Assembly: GCA_963737655.1 (NCBI GenBank) | Contig: CAVTTN010000002.1 | Location: 1,312,001-1,376,000, forward strand | Direction: 5' to 3' | Length of the DNA stretch: 64,000 nucleotides | DNA from: an uncultured Planctomycetota bacterium | GTDB lineage: Bacteria > Planctomycetota > Planctomycetia > Isosphaerales > Isosphaeraceae | Part shown: positions 41,343-52,776 of the stretch, in pieces | How the letters are laid out: the number at the start of each line of letters is the position of its first letter | Position numbering within the stretch: the stretch's first letter is position 1 | Program-made: the position numbers and the translations under genes | Notes under the pieces: generated by a model | The model's input: the letters and a program-made list of their open reading frames with translations, nothing else | What the model was told of the DNA's origin: nothing | Databases searched by the model: none

Positions 41343-42077
41343 CTAATAATTCACGGCCATCTGCTGGAGGGTCTTCTCCAGCTCGACGATGAAGGTTTCG
41401 AGACCGTGGGCGTCGGCGGCATTCCGGGTCTTCACGCTGGCGAGCGACTCTCTGGCGTAGGCGTTCAGCTTGTTTCGCGCGTCGATCACGTGGCGGATCG
41501 ACGCCTGGTTCGCGTCCCGGGCCTCTCGGGCAACGGCCTGGACCGCGGTTTCGGCGGCGCGTCGGGCGGGGGTGTCGGGAGCGGCGCTCGGCCAGAGGAT
41601 CTTGCCGTCCTCGTTCAGGAGCTGCTCGCGAGGGACCGTGGGCGAGGGACGGGGCCTCGGGCTCGGGCTCGAGCCCCTCGACGTGCCGTTCCAGCTGGGG
41701 AGCGAGGTGATCGCGTTGTAGAGGGGCGCGAAATTGGTCGTGGTCAACGGGGCCGTGCGGATCACGGCGGGACGATAGAACTGGTTCGCCGACCGATAGC
41801 CGGGGCCGACGATCCCGTTGCCGACCCCATAGCCCGAGCCGTAGAACGAAGGTCCGCCGATCCCGACCCCGTAGCCCGAGCCGTAGCCCGAGCCGTAGAA
41901 GGAAGGTGCACCAAGAAACCCAACCGAGCCATAGCCGGAACCGAGGCCGTAGCCCCCGAACTGGCCGACGTTGGGATAACCCGGCGTCCCCCGGATCAGC
42001 TGCGCCTCGACTCGGCCGATCCCGAAGACGCCCAGGACGACGAGGAGCGACGCGCACCAAGCTTTCAGACCGCCCAT
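41343..42077 (-). CDS. Secreted Gly/Tyr-rich hypothetical protein
   Basis: RBS-like GGAGGA, signal peptide, GSGYG repeats and a helical C-terminus after GKILWP. Confidence 0.7.
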   Translation of the reverse strand: MGGLKAWCASLLVVLGVFGIGRVEAQLIRGTPGYPNVGQFGGYGLGSGYGSVGFLGAPSFYGSGYGSGYGVGIGGPSFYGSGYGVGNGIVGPGYRSANQFYRPAVIRTAPLTTTNFAPLYNAITSLPSWNGTSRGSSPSPRPRPSPTVPREQLLNEDGKILWPSAAPDTPARRAAETAVQAVAREARDANQASIRHVIDARNKLNAYARESLASVKTRNAADAHGLETFIVELEKTLQQMAVNY

Positions 42078-42110
42078 GAGAGTTCCTCCCGGACTTCGTG
42101 ATCTCGTCGC

Positions 42111-43178
42111 CTAGCGTTGCAGGGCCTTCCGGATCGCCGGCTCCAGCCCGTCGATGGGCACGTCGATGGCGATGACCTTGCCGTCGCGATCGACCAGGAG
42201 GCTGGCCGGGATGTGGGTGACCCCGTAGGTCTTGAGGAGGCGGGCCGCGTCCTTGCCGGCGATCACGCCGGTCCACGACATCCCCTGAGAGACCAGGAAG
42301 CGGCGGACCACGGGGAGGGCCTTCTTCGCGTCCCCGACGTCCTCATGAAGGGCATCGACGTTGACTCCGAAGATCTCGAACCCCTGTCCCTTGTACTTCT
42401 CGGCCAGCGCGTTGAGGCGGGGGATCGCGGCGACGTTCGGCGGGCACCAGGTCGCCCAGAAGTCGATCAGGACGACCTTGCCCCGGAACCCGGCCAGGGC
42501 GACCTTCTCGCCGTCGGCGTCGGTCCCTTCGATCGCGGGGGCGGCCTGGCCGAGCAGCTTGATCCGGTCCATCCGGGCCTCGAAGTGGGCCTTCATCGCC
42601 GGGGGGGCGTCCGGGCTCTCGCAGGCGAACGCGCAGAGCTTGCGGGCCTCGTCGTAGCGGCCCGAGCGGAGGAGGCGTTGCAGATAGGCCTCGGCGATCC
42701 CCGAGGCGATTTCGGGGTCGGCCTTCGCGGCGGCGCCCCCGGCCTTCAGGAACGCGGTCAGCTCGGCGAAGGAACGGTCGAACTCGCCCTTGTCGGCGCT
42801 GGCCAGGATCTTGACGAAGGTCGCCAGGGCGCGGGCCTCGCCGCCGGCCTCCTCCGAGGCGAGGCAACGCTCGGCGGCCGGGGCGGCCTCGGCGCAGAGG
42901 TCGGCGTCGATCGCCGCCCGGAACAGTCCCAGGAAGACCGGATCGGCGTCGGCGCCCTTCACCCGGGCCGACAGCCGCGAGAGGTCCGCGATCCGTCGTC
43001 GCTCCAGGTCGAGGAAATCCCGCCGATACGACGCGTTCAACTCGTCCAGGGACTGGAAGGCGCCGGGAGTCTTCGAGGGTTCCTGGGCCGCGATCGGGCC
43101 CGGGAATCCGACGGAGATCGTCCACAACGCCAGGACGAGCGCAAGCTTCCGGGCCGTTCTCGCGGAGGCGATGGTCAT
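42111..43178 (-). CDS. TlpA-family thioredoxin-like protein with helical N-terminal region and atypical CPPN active site
   Basis: GQAAPAIEGTD, GKVVLIDFWATWCPPN, YGVTHIPASLLVDRDG; signal peptide. Confidence 0.85.
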   Translation of the reverse strand: MTIASARTARKLALVLALWTISVGFPGPIAAQEPSKTPGAFQSLDELNASYRRDFLDLERRRIADLSRLSARVKGADADPVFLGLFRAAIDADLCAEAAPAAERCLASEEAGGEARALATFVKILASADKGEFDRSFAELTAFLKAGGAAAKADPEIASGIAEAYLQRLLRSGRYDEARKLCAFACESPDAPPAMKAHFEARMDRIKLLGQAAPAIEGTDADGEKVALAGFRGKVVLIDFWATWCPPNVAAIPRLNALAEKYKGQGFEIFGVNVDALHEDVGDAKKALPVVRRFLVSQGMSWTGVIAGKDAARLLKTYGVTHIPASLLVDRDGKVIAIDVPIDGLEPAIRKALQR

Positions 43179-43446
43179 CGAGATGTCCCTTCCGGCAAGG
43201 CCTGGCCGCTCCGCTCCGATCGTCCTCACAACTCGACGCGATCGCGGGTCGGGCGGGACGCCCGGACTCCCGGCGGACTCGTCTTTCGAAAGGATGATTT
43301 CGTGACAGATCAGGCTGGGGCACAGATTGCTTACCGGCAGCAAACGTAGACCTGGGCGCCGAACGAGTCAAGGGTCCCTTCGCCGGGTTCTCCGAATCTT
43401 CAAGGCCGGTCCCCGGCGATCGGGGCCGGGGTCGCCGTCGCCGGGC

Positions 43447-46400
43447 CTACGGGGTGGCGTCCCAGAGGCGGACCTCGCCATCGGTTCCCCCCGAGGCCAG
43501 GACGTTTCCTCCGGGCCGGAAGCTCAGGCCGAGGACGCGGCCGGCGTGGCCCTTCAGCTCGAGCGTCTCCCGGCCTCGCTCGGGGTCCCAGATCCGGACC
43601 GAGCCATCGGCGCCGGCGGAGGCGATCCTCGATCCGTCGGGCGTCCAGGCGAGGGCGAAGATCCAGCCGGTCCTGGGGCTGAACGAGCGGAGTTCCCGGC
43701 CGGTTTCCCTCGACCAGACGCGGATCGTGCCGTCCTGGCCGGCGGAGGCGACGCGCTTCGCCTCGGGGTCGAAGGCGACGGCCGAGACCGCTCCCTGGTG
43801 ACCCTTCAGGACCCTCGACGCGTGCCCCGAATCGAGCCGCCAGAGCCGGACCGTCCCATCGGCGCCGGCCGAGGCGACGAGCTGGCCGTCGCGGGTCACG
43901 GCGAGGTCGTGGATCGGGCCGACGTGCCCCCGCAAGGCGCTCATCTCGAGGCCCGAGCCCAGGTCCCAGACGCGGACGGCTCGCTCGGCCGACGACGGCG
44001 GGACCCCCTTGCCCTGGAGGCCCTGGACGATTTCCCGAGGCTCGCCCCCTCCGGTGATCAGCCGGAGGCCGTCGGGGGCGAAGATCGCGCGGCCGAGCGG
44101 CTCGTCGGGCGTCTTGAAGGTCCCGACGATCTTCCTGGAGGGCCATTCGCGGACAGCCACTGATCCATCAAGGCTCGCCGATACCATCAACCGGCCCGAG
44201 GGGTCGATCGCCGGGGGGAACGGGGCGGGGAGGTCGGTGATTTCCTGCGAAACGCCGTCGGGGAAGGGCCGGATTGCGATCCCTCGGTCGGTCGCGATGG
44301 CCACGGACCGGCCGTCGGGGAAGAAGGCGAGGCCGACGATCGGGCAAGCCGGGAGGTCGGCCCTCCAGATCCGCGAGCCGGGGCCGTCGTCGAGGTCCCA
44401 GAGCTTGACCGTCGCGTCCTGGCCGGCCGAGGCGAGGAGGCGGCCATCGGGGCTGAACGCCACGCTGAAGACCGGCGCCGAATGCCCCGCGAACGAGGCG
44501 AGCTCCCGGCCGGTCCTGGCGTCCCAGACCTTCACCGAGCGATCGAGGGCGCCGGAGGCGATCCTCCGGCCGTCGGGGCTGAAGGCGAGGCCGTCGATCC
44601 GGGCGGAAGCGGCCCGGAAGCTCAGGATTTCCGCGCCGGACCGGGCGTCCCAGACGCGAATCGTCCGATCGGCGCCGCCCGAGGCGAGCGTCCGGCCGTC
44701 GGGCGAGAAGGCGACGCAGCGGGCGGCCTCGGCGTGGGCCGGCAGGCGTCTCCGCTCCCGGCCGGTTCTCGCGTCCCAGAGGATCACCCGGCCATCGGCG
44801 CCGGCGGAGGCGATCTCCTGGCCGTCGGGCCGGAAGGCCACGCCGAAGACCGGCCCGGAGTGGCCCGGGAGCGTCAAGATTTGGTCGCCCGAGCTCGTGT
44901 CCCAGACGCGGACCAACCCGTCGGCGCCCCCGGAGGCGATCGTCGAAGAGGACGCGCCGAAGGCGACGGCCGACGCCCATTCGCCGTGGCCGGGGAGGGT
45001 GGCCCGCAAGGTCCCGGCGGGGAGGTCCCAGATCCGAACCGCCCCGTCCGCCCCGGCGGTGGCCAGGAGCGTCCCCCCTCGGCTGAACGCCACGCCGAAG
45101 GCGGTGCCGTCGTGGCCCCGGAGGTCGCAGGCCCGGCGGTTGGTCTTCGCGTCCCAGATCCCCAGCCCTCCGCCGTCGTCGGGGCAGGTGAAGCGGAGGG
45201 TGTCGGGGACGAACGCGACCCCGCAATTCACGGCGTTGTGGCCGCGGAGCGTCAGCTTCTCGGCGTGGGCCTGGCGCTTCAGATAAGACCATTCCCACTC
45301 GCGAAGATCGGGGGGACACGCCTCCAGGAGGCGGTCGAGCCCGGGGACGTCGTTCGAGGCCAGCGCCCGTTCGGCGGCGGCGATCCGGTCGAAGTAGCCG
45401 TCGATCTCGGCCTGCTTGCGGGCGATCGCCTGGCGGCCGAGCTCGCCTTCGGCATTTTGGCGGCCCCGGGCCTCGATCTTGAGGGCGGCGGCGGTCTTCT
45501 CGGCCTTCTGACGGAGGACGATAGCCACGTCGATCGTCGCGGCCAGGAGGACGCAAACGCCCAGCAAGGCGGCGGCCGTCGGGCGCCTGCGGGCCCACTT
45601 GGCGACCCTCTCGGCCGACGAGGCGCGGCGGGCCTCGATCGGCTTGCCCGAGAGCCAGCGGTCGAGGTCGTCGGCCATCGCCTCGGCCGTCGCGTACCGC
45701 CGTTTCGGGTCTTTTTCGAGGCATTTCAGCGCGATCGTGGCGAGGTCTCGGGGCACCCTGGGATGGATCCGCCCGGGGGGCTCCGGCTCCTGCTCGCGGA
45801 CCTTCCGCAGGACCTCGACCACCGATTCGCCCCGGAACGGCGCGAGGCCGGTCAGGAGTTCGTAGAGGATCGCGCCCAGGCCGTGGATGTCGGCGGCGAT
45901 CGTGACGGACTCCCGGCGGCCCTCGGCCTGCTCGGGGGCCATGTAGGCGGGCGTGCCGACGATCGAGCCCGACTTCGTCGAGCGCCGCGTCCCCCTCGAC
46001 TTTCCTCGCCAGCCCGAAATCGGCGACGTGGGGGCGGCCCTGGCGATCGAGGAGGACGTTCGCGGGCTTCAAGTCGCGGTGGAGGATGCCGCGTTGATGG
46101 GCGTAGTGGACGGCCCGACTCACGGCGGAGACGATCTCGGCGGAGCTTCGCGGGTCGGCCTTCAGCCGGGGAACGTGGCGGGCGAGGCTGCCGCCATCGA
46201 CGATCTTCATGCTGTAATATGGGCGGCCGTCGTGCTCGCCGACCTCGAAGATCGGGACGATCCCGGGATGGTCGAGGTGGGCGGCGGCCTCGGCCTCGCG
46301 GCGGAACCGGCGGAGGTCCTCCTCCGTGGCGAGCCGGCCGTCGGCGATCATCTTCAAAGCGAGGACGCGGTCGAGGCTCACCTGCCGGGCCGCGAAGACG

Positions 46401-46720
46401 ACGCCCATCCCGCCCCGGCCGAGCTCGCCCATCAGCTCATAATCGCCGAAATACGCGACACGGCCCCCCTCGGCCGGGGCGATCGGCGAGGGGAACCGCA
46501 CCACGTCGGGCCATTCGGATGTCTTCAAAGGGTCGGCCAGGCGATCGACGGCGTCGAGGTCGGCGAAGAAGGCCGAGAGCTCGGCCGAGTACTCCGGATG
46601 GAGGTCGATCCAGCCTCGGCGATCGGGAGGGCCTCCGCATTCGGCCGCTTCGAGGTAGGAGGCGAGGACGGCCTCGAACCGGGGGTCGGCCTCGGAGTCG
46701 TCGAGACGGGCGCTGGCCAT
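43447..46720 (-). CDS. Ser/Thr protein kinase with TM segment and WD40 repeats; +1 frameshift at ~45979
   Basis: LGRGGMGVV, ALK, HRDLKPAN and DFGLA in one frame; GTPAYMAPEQ and many GH...WD repeats in another. Removing one base gives AALTKSGSIVGTPAYMAPE. Confidence 0.9.
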
Positions 46721-46725
46721 CGGTC

Positions 46726-47265
46726 CTAGCTCTCCTCTCCGGCGGCGAGCCTGGCGCGGAGGGCCTTCAGCCCCCGGTGCAGCAGGCCGGCCACGGCCGG
46801 CTTGGTGGTGCCGAGCGCCTCGGCGATCTCGGCCAGGGGGCAGCCCTGGAGGTGGTGCATCTCGACGGCCCGTCTCTGGCCTTCGGGCAGGGCGGCGAGG
46901 GCGTCGGCCATCCTCAACAGTTCCTCGGCGCGGATCGCCCGGCCGCTGGGCGAGGTCTGGTCGGCCGGCGGGCCGGCGTCGGCCGGGTCGATCGGGACTT
47001 CGCGCTCGTGGGACCGCTTCCGGGCCCCCAGCCGGCGGACCTCGTCGGCCAGGTTGTGGCGGAAGATCGCCCGGAGCCACGCCGCGGTCTGCGCATCATT
47101 GCGAGGCCGAGGCGCGGCCCGGTGAGCATCCAGGAGCGTCTGCTGGACCACCCCCGAGAGGTCGATGGACGATCGGAGCCGACGCGACACCTCGACCCGG
47201 GCCAGGAGGCCCAGGTACTCCCGGAACCGGCTCGGAGTGTCGAGATGCCCGTCGGCCGTGCTCAT
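46726..47265 (-). CDS. ECF sigma-70 factor (planctomycete type)
   Basis: DLSGVVQQTLL, AWLRAIFRHNL, DQTSPS, LPEGQRRAVEMHHLQG and AVAGLLHRGL; directly upstream of the kinase gene. Confidence 0.9.
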   Translation of the reverse strand: MSTADGHLDTPSRFREYLGLLARVEVSRRLRSSIDLSGVVQQTLLDAHRAAPRPRNDAQTAAWLRAIFRHNLADEVRRLGARKRSHEREVPIDPADAGPPADQTSPSGRAIRAEELLRMADALAALPEGQRRAVEMHHLQGCPLAEIAEALGTTKPAVAGLLHRGLKALRARLAAGEES

Positions 47266-47296
47266 CGTCGTCCCGTCGGGCGGGCGAGGCCCACCT

Positions 47297-47335
47297 GTAG
47301 GGTGCATGAAATGCACCAACCCGCGGCGGCCGAAG
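47297..47335. repeat. Single GTAG-family REP copy
   Basis: GTAGGGTGCATGAAATGCACCAACCCGCGGCGG is identical to the start of the 5832 copy. Confidence 0.8.
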
Positions 47336-47352
47336 GCCGCCCACCGACCAGT

Positions 47353-49107
47353 CTACCTCGCCGCCTTCAAGAACTTCAGCCGGAGCTTCGCCTCGTCTTT
47401 GCCCGAGGCCAGCCTCGCCTCCTCGGCGGCGATGGCGGAGTCGCGGCCCCCGGCCTTTTCGGTGGCCTGGGCGAACTTCTCGCCGGCCCACCAGTCCGTC
47501 ATGCCGGCGAGGTCGACGGGCCCGCCGGCCTTCTGATGGCACTGGCGGCATTCCTGAGACCGCAAGGCCAGGCCGGCGAGATCGACGAGCCGGCCGTACT
47601 GGCGGGCCGCCCCGCGATCGTCCCCCCGGCCTTCGAGCGCCAGGGCCCGGGCCTTCATGTCGATGCGATCGTAGCAATTCTTCCCCTCGGGCTCGGGCCG
47701 CGCCCCCAGGAGCTTCATCGCGGCATTCCCCTCGACCTTCGCCTCGGCGTCCAGGCCGAGCTCGCGGAGGAGCGACGCCAGCCGGGCCCGGATCATCGTC
47801 GGGTCCTCGCTCAGAGCCGTCATCGGCGGCAGGGGCTTGCCCTCGACCGCGTTCACGGCCGAGCGGAGGTCCGTCGCCAGGCCGGTCAGGAGGAGCCTCC
47901 GGCCCAGGAGCCGCACGTTCTCGTCCTTCGTCGCCTTCACGACCCGCCGGACGATCGGCTCGACGTACCGGCCCTGGCCTCGGAGGTACTCGAAGCCCGC
48001 CAGCCTCCTCGCCTCGTTGGGCGAGCCGAGGTCCAGGACCGCCCGTTCGGCCAATCGTTCGCGGCTCGGCGTGAGCATCTCCAGGCGGCCGACCATCACC
48101 CGGACCGTCTCCTTCGGCGCCGGGTTGATCGTCATCGGGATGAACGCATCGGTCCAGCTCTGCGGGAGGACGAACAGCGTGCGGACGCCCTCGGCGCGGA
48201 AATAGCTGGATTTCCAGGTGTTGACCATCGCGCGGGCCTCCTTCGGGAACAGGCCCGCTTGCACGAGCCGGGCGGCGAGGTCATCGGCCAGGCGGTCGGC
48301 GAAGCGATCGACCGGCAGGGCGTCGGCCATCGAGGGGATCGCCTCGCGGGCGGCCTCGCCGGGCCGGAGCGAAGGGATGTAGGCATAGGCGCCCTTTCCG
48401 CCCTCAACCCGGATCACGAATAGATGAGACACGGACGTCGATCCCTCGTCCATCGCCAGGGTTCCGCCGGACTCGGCCGTCATCTTCAGGGGCAGGGGCG
48501 CGGTGCCGAGCCCCCGGTAGAACAGGAACCGCTCGGTCTCGACGTTGTTCGGCGCGGCCTTCGCCACGTTGTAGGTCTGGACATAGGCCGAATCGACCTG
48601 GCGGGCGAAGTTCCAGAGGGCGTCGGCCGAGGTCGAGGGCGGAGGGGGCAGGGGGCCCGCCTTCGTCGCCGGGACGATCTGCGCATGCCAGATGATCGAC
48701 CCGGACTTCGGCGGCTCGACGGGCGTCGGCACGGGCAGGGCGTCCGTCAGGTGGGGAAAAAGCCCCGCGGCCTGCGGATACCACTGGGTCCACGACCCGC
48801 TCGGGAACTTCACCTCCACGCGGACGGATTGCGGCGTGTTCGTATAGAAATAAATGACCGGCGTCTCGCCCTTGGAGAGGATGTACAGCGGGCGGAGCTG
48901 GTCGCGCCCCCGGGCGTGGACGAAGCCGGGCAGGGCGTGCTCCTCGTGATACATCCCGTCGAGCGAGACGCCGTCCGACCCGCTCATGGCGAGGAACGTG
49001 CCCCACTCGTGGACCACGGCATCGCTCCTCGGCGGGGGATCGGCCAGGGCCGCTCCGGCCGAAAAGGTCCCGGCGAGGAACAGCCCCAGGGCGGTCTTCG
49101 ATCGCAT
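47353..49107 (-). CDS. Secreted conserved hypothetical protein with helical C-terminus and a single CxxCH
   Basis: Signal peptide; VVHEWGTF, ETPVIYFY, ERFLFYRGLG, GLFPKEARAMVNTW and VRVMVGRLE; CRQCH near the C-terminus. Confidence 0.75.
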   Translation of the reverse strand: MRSKTALGLFLAGTFSAGAALADPPPRSDAVVHEWGTFLAMSGSDGVSLDGMYHEEHALPGFVHARGRDQLRPLYILSKGETPVIYFYTNTPQSVRVEVKFPSGSWTQWYPQAAGLFPHLTDALPVPTPVEPPKSGSIIWHAQIVPATKAGPLPPPPSTSADALWNFARQVDSAYVQTYNVAKAAPNNVETERFLFYRGLGTAPLPLKMTAESGGTLAMDEGSTSVSHLFVIRVEGGKGAYAYIPSLRPGEAAREAIPSMADALPVDRFADRLADDLAARLVQAGLFPKEARAMVNTWKSSYFRAEGVRTLFVLPQSWTDAFIPMTINPAPKETVRVMVGRLEMLTPSRERLAERAVLDLGSPNEARRLAGFEYLRGQGRYVEPIVRRVVKATKDENVRLLGRRLLLTGLATDLRSAVNAVEGKPLPPMTALSEDPTMIRARLASLLRELGLDAEAKVEGNAAMKLLGARPEPEGKNCYDRIDMKARALALEGRGDDRGAARQYGRLVDLAGLALRSQECRQCHQKAGGPVDLAGMTDWWAGEKFAQATEKAGGRDSAIAAEEARLASGKDEAKLRLKFLKAAR

Positions 49108-49242
49108 GGCGTCGCCTCCCTTCCTGTCGATTTCCGATCCGGGGCCCGTCGGGATGACGGCCCCCCGAGAGGATGGGCGGAGGAATCGCGAGGAGGGAGC
49201 GCGCGTTTCCGTGGGGTGGACGAAATTGCCCGCGGGATCGGG

Positions 49243-49282
49243 TCGGGCGGCAGGCTTACGTCTTCGTAAGCCTGCCGCCCGA
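49243..49282. terminator. Perfect 18-bp hairpin after the tricorn gene (terminator or REP-like unit)
   Basis: TCGGGCGGCAGGCTTACG-TCTT-CGTAAGCCTGCCGCCCGA. Confidence 0.65.
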
Positions 49283-49296
49283 TCAAGACACCCGAG

Positions 49297-52200
49297 TCAC
49301 GGCGTTTTGACCGGCGGGGCCGGGCGCCCGGGGAGCTTCCTGGGCTGGTCCTTCATCGCCTTGAGGACTTCCTCGACGGCCCTCTCCAGCTGCGGGTCCC
49401 GGCCCTGGATCACCGCCTTGGGGTCGTTCTCGATCTCGATGTCGGGATCGACCCCGTGCCCCTCGATGATCCATTTGCCGTCTGCCGAGGCGAACCCGAA
49501 CTCGGGGACGTTCACCGTCCCGCCATCGACCAGGGGCCCGCGGCTCGTGATCCCGATCACGCCGCCCCACGACCTCTTGCCCACCAACGGCCCGAGCTTC
49601 GCCTGCTTGAACATGGCGGGGAAGATGTCGCCGTCGGACGCGCTGTTCTGGTTCAGGATGCACACGAGAGGGCCGTGGAAGACGACTCCGGGATACGTCG
49701 AGGCCGAGTCGCTCGTCCGGGCGAACCCGGTGGCCAGGAGCTCTCGCCTCAGCCGCTCGATCAGCATCTGCGAGACGTTCCCCCCGCCGTTGAAGCGGAC
49801 GTCCACGACCATCCCTTCCTTGCGGATCTGGGGATAGTACCACTTGATGAACTCGCGGATGCCTTCGGCGCCCATGTTCGGGATGTGGATGTACCCGACC
49901 CGGCCATCCGTCAGCTTCGCCACCCTCGCCATGTTCTGGCGGACCAGGGCGAGGTAGCGGAGATCGGTCTCCGAGGCGATCGGCTCGACCGTCACGGTCC
50001 TCGCGCCGTCCTTCTCGGGTTTGGCGTTCACGAGGAGCTTCAAAGGGTGGTCGGCCCCGTCGCGGAGGAGGCGATAGGGGTTGTCGGGCGCCTTCAGGTC
50101 CCGGCCGTCGATCGCCAGGACGTAGTCACCCTCCTTCACGTCCACGCCCACCTCGGTCAGGGGCGAGCGATAGAGCGGCTCCTCGTTCTGCCCCTTGAGG
50201 ATTTTCGCGATCCTGTACAGGCCCGAGGCCGCGTCCAGGGCGAACTCGGCGCCGAGGAGGGCGACGTGGGGCCGGCTCGGCTTCTCCCAGTCGCCCCCCG
50301 TGTTATAGGCATGCCCGACGTTCAATTCGCCGATCATCTCGCCGATCACGTAATTCAGGTCCGATCGGTGGGCGACGTGCTCCAGCAACGGGCGGTAGCG
50401 GCCGCGGAGGGCTTCCCAGTCGTAGCCGTGGAGGTTCTCGACGTAGAAGAAGTCGCGGTAGCGCCGCCAGACCTCGTCAAAAATCTGCGCCCACTCCTCC
50501 TTCGGCACGCGATCGACGGCCAAATCGGCCGTGCTGACGGCCTTCTTCGAGTCTTTCCCCTTTGGCGAGGCGTCGTAGAGGTTCAGCGAAGGGCCCTGGC
50601 GGACGAGGACTTTTGAGCCGTCGAGCGACAGGGCGTAGCCCCCGACGCCGTCGGCCAGGGTCGTCTCCTTGCGGTCGGCGATCGAGAAGATCCGCAATTC
50701 CGGCTTCGATTCCCCGTCCCGGCCGTAGTAGAACGCCCCCCCTCGGACGTAGAGCAGGTGCCCCTTCTTCGCCGAGAGGTTCGAGTAGTTGTCGGCCGGG
50801 ACCGGGACGCGGGCCACCCTCGCCGCCAGGCCGTCGAAGTCGATCTTGATCGGTTCCTTCGCGTCCTTCTTCGGCTTGTCGTCGGGCTTCTTCTCCTCCT
50901 TCTTGTCGTCGTCCTTCTTGTCGTCGGCGAGGGCGACCTCGTCGCTCTCGGGCGGGAAGGGATTCTTGACGTCCTTGCGCAGGGCGAGGGCATAGATGCC
51001 GGTCGATCGATTGGTGACGAAGTTCCTCTCCTTCCAGTCGATCTGGGGGGCGAACTCGCGGTCGCTCAGGTAATAGAGGTAGTTCCCCTCGGGGTCCCAC
51101 GCCGGCTCGGCCTCGTCGAAGGTCTCGTCGGTGATCCTCCGGGGCTTCTCGTCGCCGACGGTCCACACGTAGAGCGACCTCGTTTCGTTCGGGTCGCTCA
51201 GGCTGAACGCGAGGTGAGTCCCGCAGGGAGACCAGACGTAATCCTGGAGCTGGCCGCGAGGCTCGTCGGCGACCTGGACGACCGATTTATCGGCCAGGGT
51301 CAGGACGAACAGCTTGCCGTCCTTGTCGGAGAAGGCGATCCGCTTGCCGTCGGGCGAGGGCGAGGGCGCGTACCTCATCGCCTTGCCGCCCCGGGTGAGC
51401 TGCTCGGGAGAGCCGGACCCGTCCTGGTCGATCAAATAGAGCTCTTCCTCGCCCGAGGCGTCGGAGAGATAGACGATCTTGCGGCCGTCGGGGAGCCAGC
51501 TCGCGGCCTTGTCGTGGGCGTTCGACGACCGGGTCAGGTTGCGGGTGGCCCCCTTCTCGATCGGGACCGAGAACACGTCCCCCCGGCCGACGATCAGGGC
51601 CCGCTCCCCCTTCGGGCTCAGCGAGAACCCCTCGATCAACCCCGGCTCGACCTTCACCCGGGACGGCCTCCTCGCCAGGGCGTCGGTCGGGACGACGATC
51701 GGCACCGGCTTCGACTCGCCCGAGCGGACGTCCAGGACGAACAGCTCGCCGCCGAGCTCGTAGACGATCCGGCCGTCCTCCGACGCGCTTGGCCAGCGGA
51801 CGTCGTGGACGGTGCTTTTCGTGAGTTGCCGGACTTCCTTCGCCTTCGGGTCGAACTCGAAGAGGTTGAGCGTCCCGGTGCGGTCGGAGTTGAAATAGAT
51901 CTTGTCGCCGATCCACATCGGGTCGCGTTCGGTCCGGGGCGAGTGGGCGACGGGCTCGACCTCGTGGGTCTTGAGGTCGAAAACGTAAAGGTCCTGGGCC
52001 CATCCGCCCTGATACCGCTTCCAGGTGCGGAAATCCCGCGTAAGGGGCGAATAGAGCACCTGATTTCCGTCCGGAGAGAACGTCCCGCCCCCCGCCACGG
52101 GCATGGGCAGGGGGGTCGGCAGCCCGCCCTCGGCCGGGACCGTGTATAGCCGCGTGTCGGCCATCGTCCAGCCCTCGCGCATCGAGCGGAAGAGGACGGA

Positions 52201-52593
52201 CTTGCCGTCGGGCGACCAGCCATAAACCTGGTCGTCGAAACCCCAGCGGTCGGGCAGGGGGCCCCGGGCGGGGTAGAACGTCAACTGTTTCGGCTCCCCG
52301 CCCGAGGCGGGGACGACGTACACCTGCTCGTCGCCGTCGTACTGGCCGGTGAAGGCGATGGACTTGCCGTCGGGCGAGAATTTGGCGAAGAGTTCCAGGC
52401 CCGGATGGGCGGTCAGTCGCGAGGCGGACCCGCCGGAGACGGGGGCCGTCCAGAGGTCCCCGGCGTAGGTGAACACGACCTTGTCGCCGTGGACGTCGGG
52501 GAATCGCAGGAGCTTCGTCGGCCCGTCGGCCGGGGCCGGCGTCGCCAGGCCGGCGAGCAGGGCCGCCGTCGAAACAAGGAGGCGCATTCTCAT
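49297..52593 (-). CDS. Tricorn protease homolog (S41 peptidase with beta-propellers and PDZ)
   Basis: [66 protein letters not shown] and EGHGVDPDI. Confidence 0.95.
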   Translation of the reverse strand: MRMRLLVSTAALLAGLATPAPADGPTKLLRFPDVHGDKVVFTYAGDLWTAPVSGGSASRLTAHPGLELFAKFSPDGKSIAFTGQYDGDEQVYVVPASGGEPKQLTFYPARGPLPDRWGFDDQVYGWSPDGKSVLFRSMREGWTMADTRLYTVPAEGGLPTPLPMPVAGGGTFSPDGNQVLYSPLTRDFRTWKRYQGGWAQDLYVFDLKTHEVEPVAHSPRTERDPMWIGDKIYFNSDRTGTLNLFEFDPKAKEVRQLTKSTVHDVRWPSASEDGRIVYELGGELFVLDVRSGESKPVPIVVPTDALARRPSRVKVEPGLIEGFSLSPKGERALIVGRGDVFSVPIEKGATRNLTRSSNAHDKAASWLPDGRKIVYLSDASGEEELYLIDQDGSGSPEQLTRGGKAMRYAPSPSPDGKRIAFSDKDGKLFVLTLADKSVVQVADEPRGQLQDYVWSPCGTHLAFSLSDPNETRSLYVWTVGDEKPRRITDETFDEAEPAWDPEGNYLYYLSDREFAPQIDWKERNFVTNRSTGIYALALRKDVKNPFPPESDEVALADDKKDDDKKEEKKPDDKPKKDAKEPIKIDFDGLAARVARVPVPADNYSNLSAKKGHLLYVRGGAFYYGRDGESKPELRIFSIADRKETTLADGVGGYALSLDGSKVLVRQGPSLNLYDASPKGKDSKKAVSTADLAVDRVPKEEWAQIFDEVWRRYRDFFYVENLHGYDWEALRGRYRPLLEHVAHRSDLNYVIGEMIGELNVGHAYNTGGDWEKPSRPHVALLGAEFALDAASGLYRIAKILKGQNEEPLYRSPLTEVGVDVKEGDYVLAIDGRDLKAPDNPYRLLRDGADHPLKLLVNAKPEKDGARTVTVEPIASETDLRYLALVRQNMARVAKLTDGRVGYIHIPNMGAEGIREFIKWYYPQIRKEGMVVDVRFNGGGNVSQMLIERLRRELLATGFARTSDSASTYPGVVFHGPLVCILNQNSASDGDIFPAMFKQAKLGPLVGKRSWGGVIGITSRGPLVDGGTVNVPEFGFASADGKWIIEGHGVDPDIEIENDPKAVIQGRDPQLERAVEEVLKAMKDQPRKLPGRPAPPVKTP

Positions 52594-52776
52594 CGGTCGA
52601 ATGATCTCGGAGGGGTTCGGATCGGACGGCAACGAACCACGAAGCTATTCGCCGACGCCCCGGATGACAAGGCGGTCGCGACCGGAGGGCCGGCCCCCTC
52701 TTGATCGCCGCCGATGTTCACGCGATCATTGCGGGCCGGGGCGATCGGCGGGCCGGATGCTCGGAGGGTTCGGATC

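Noticed and set aside
43447..47265. ECF sigma plus kinase-WD40 pair as a novel system
   Set aside because: This is a common, already described arrangement in planctomycetes.
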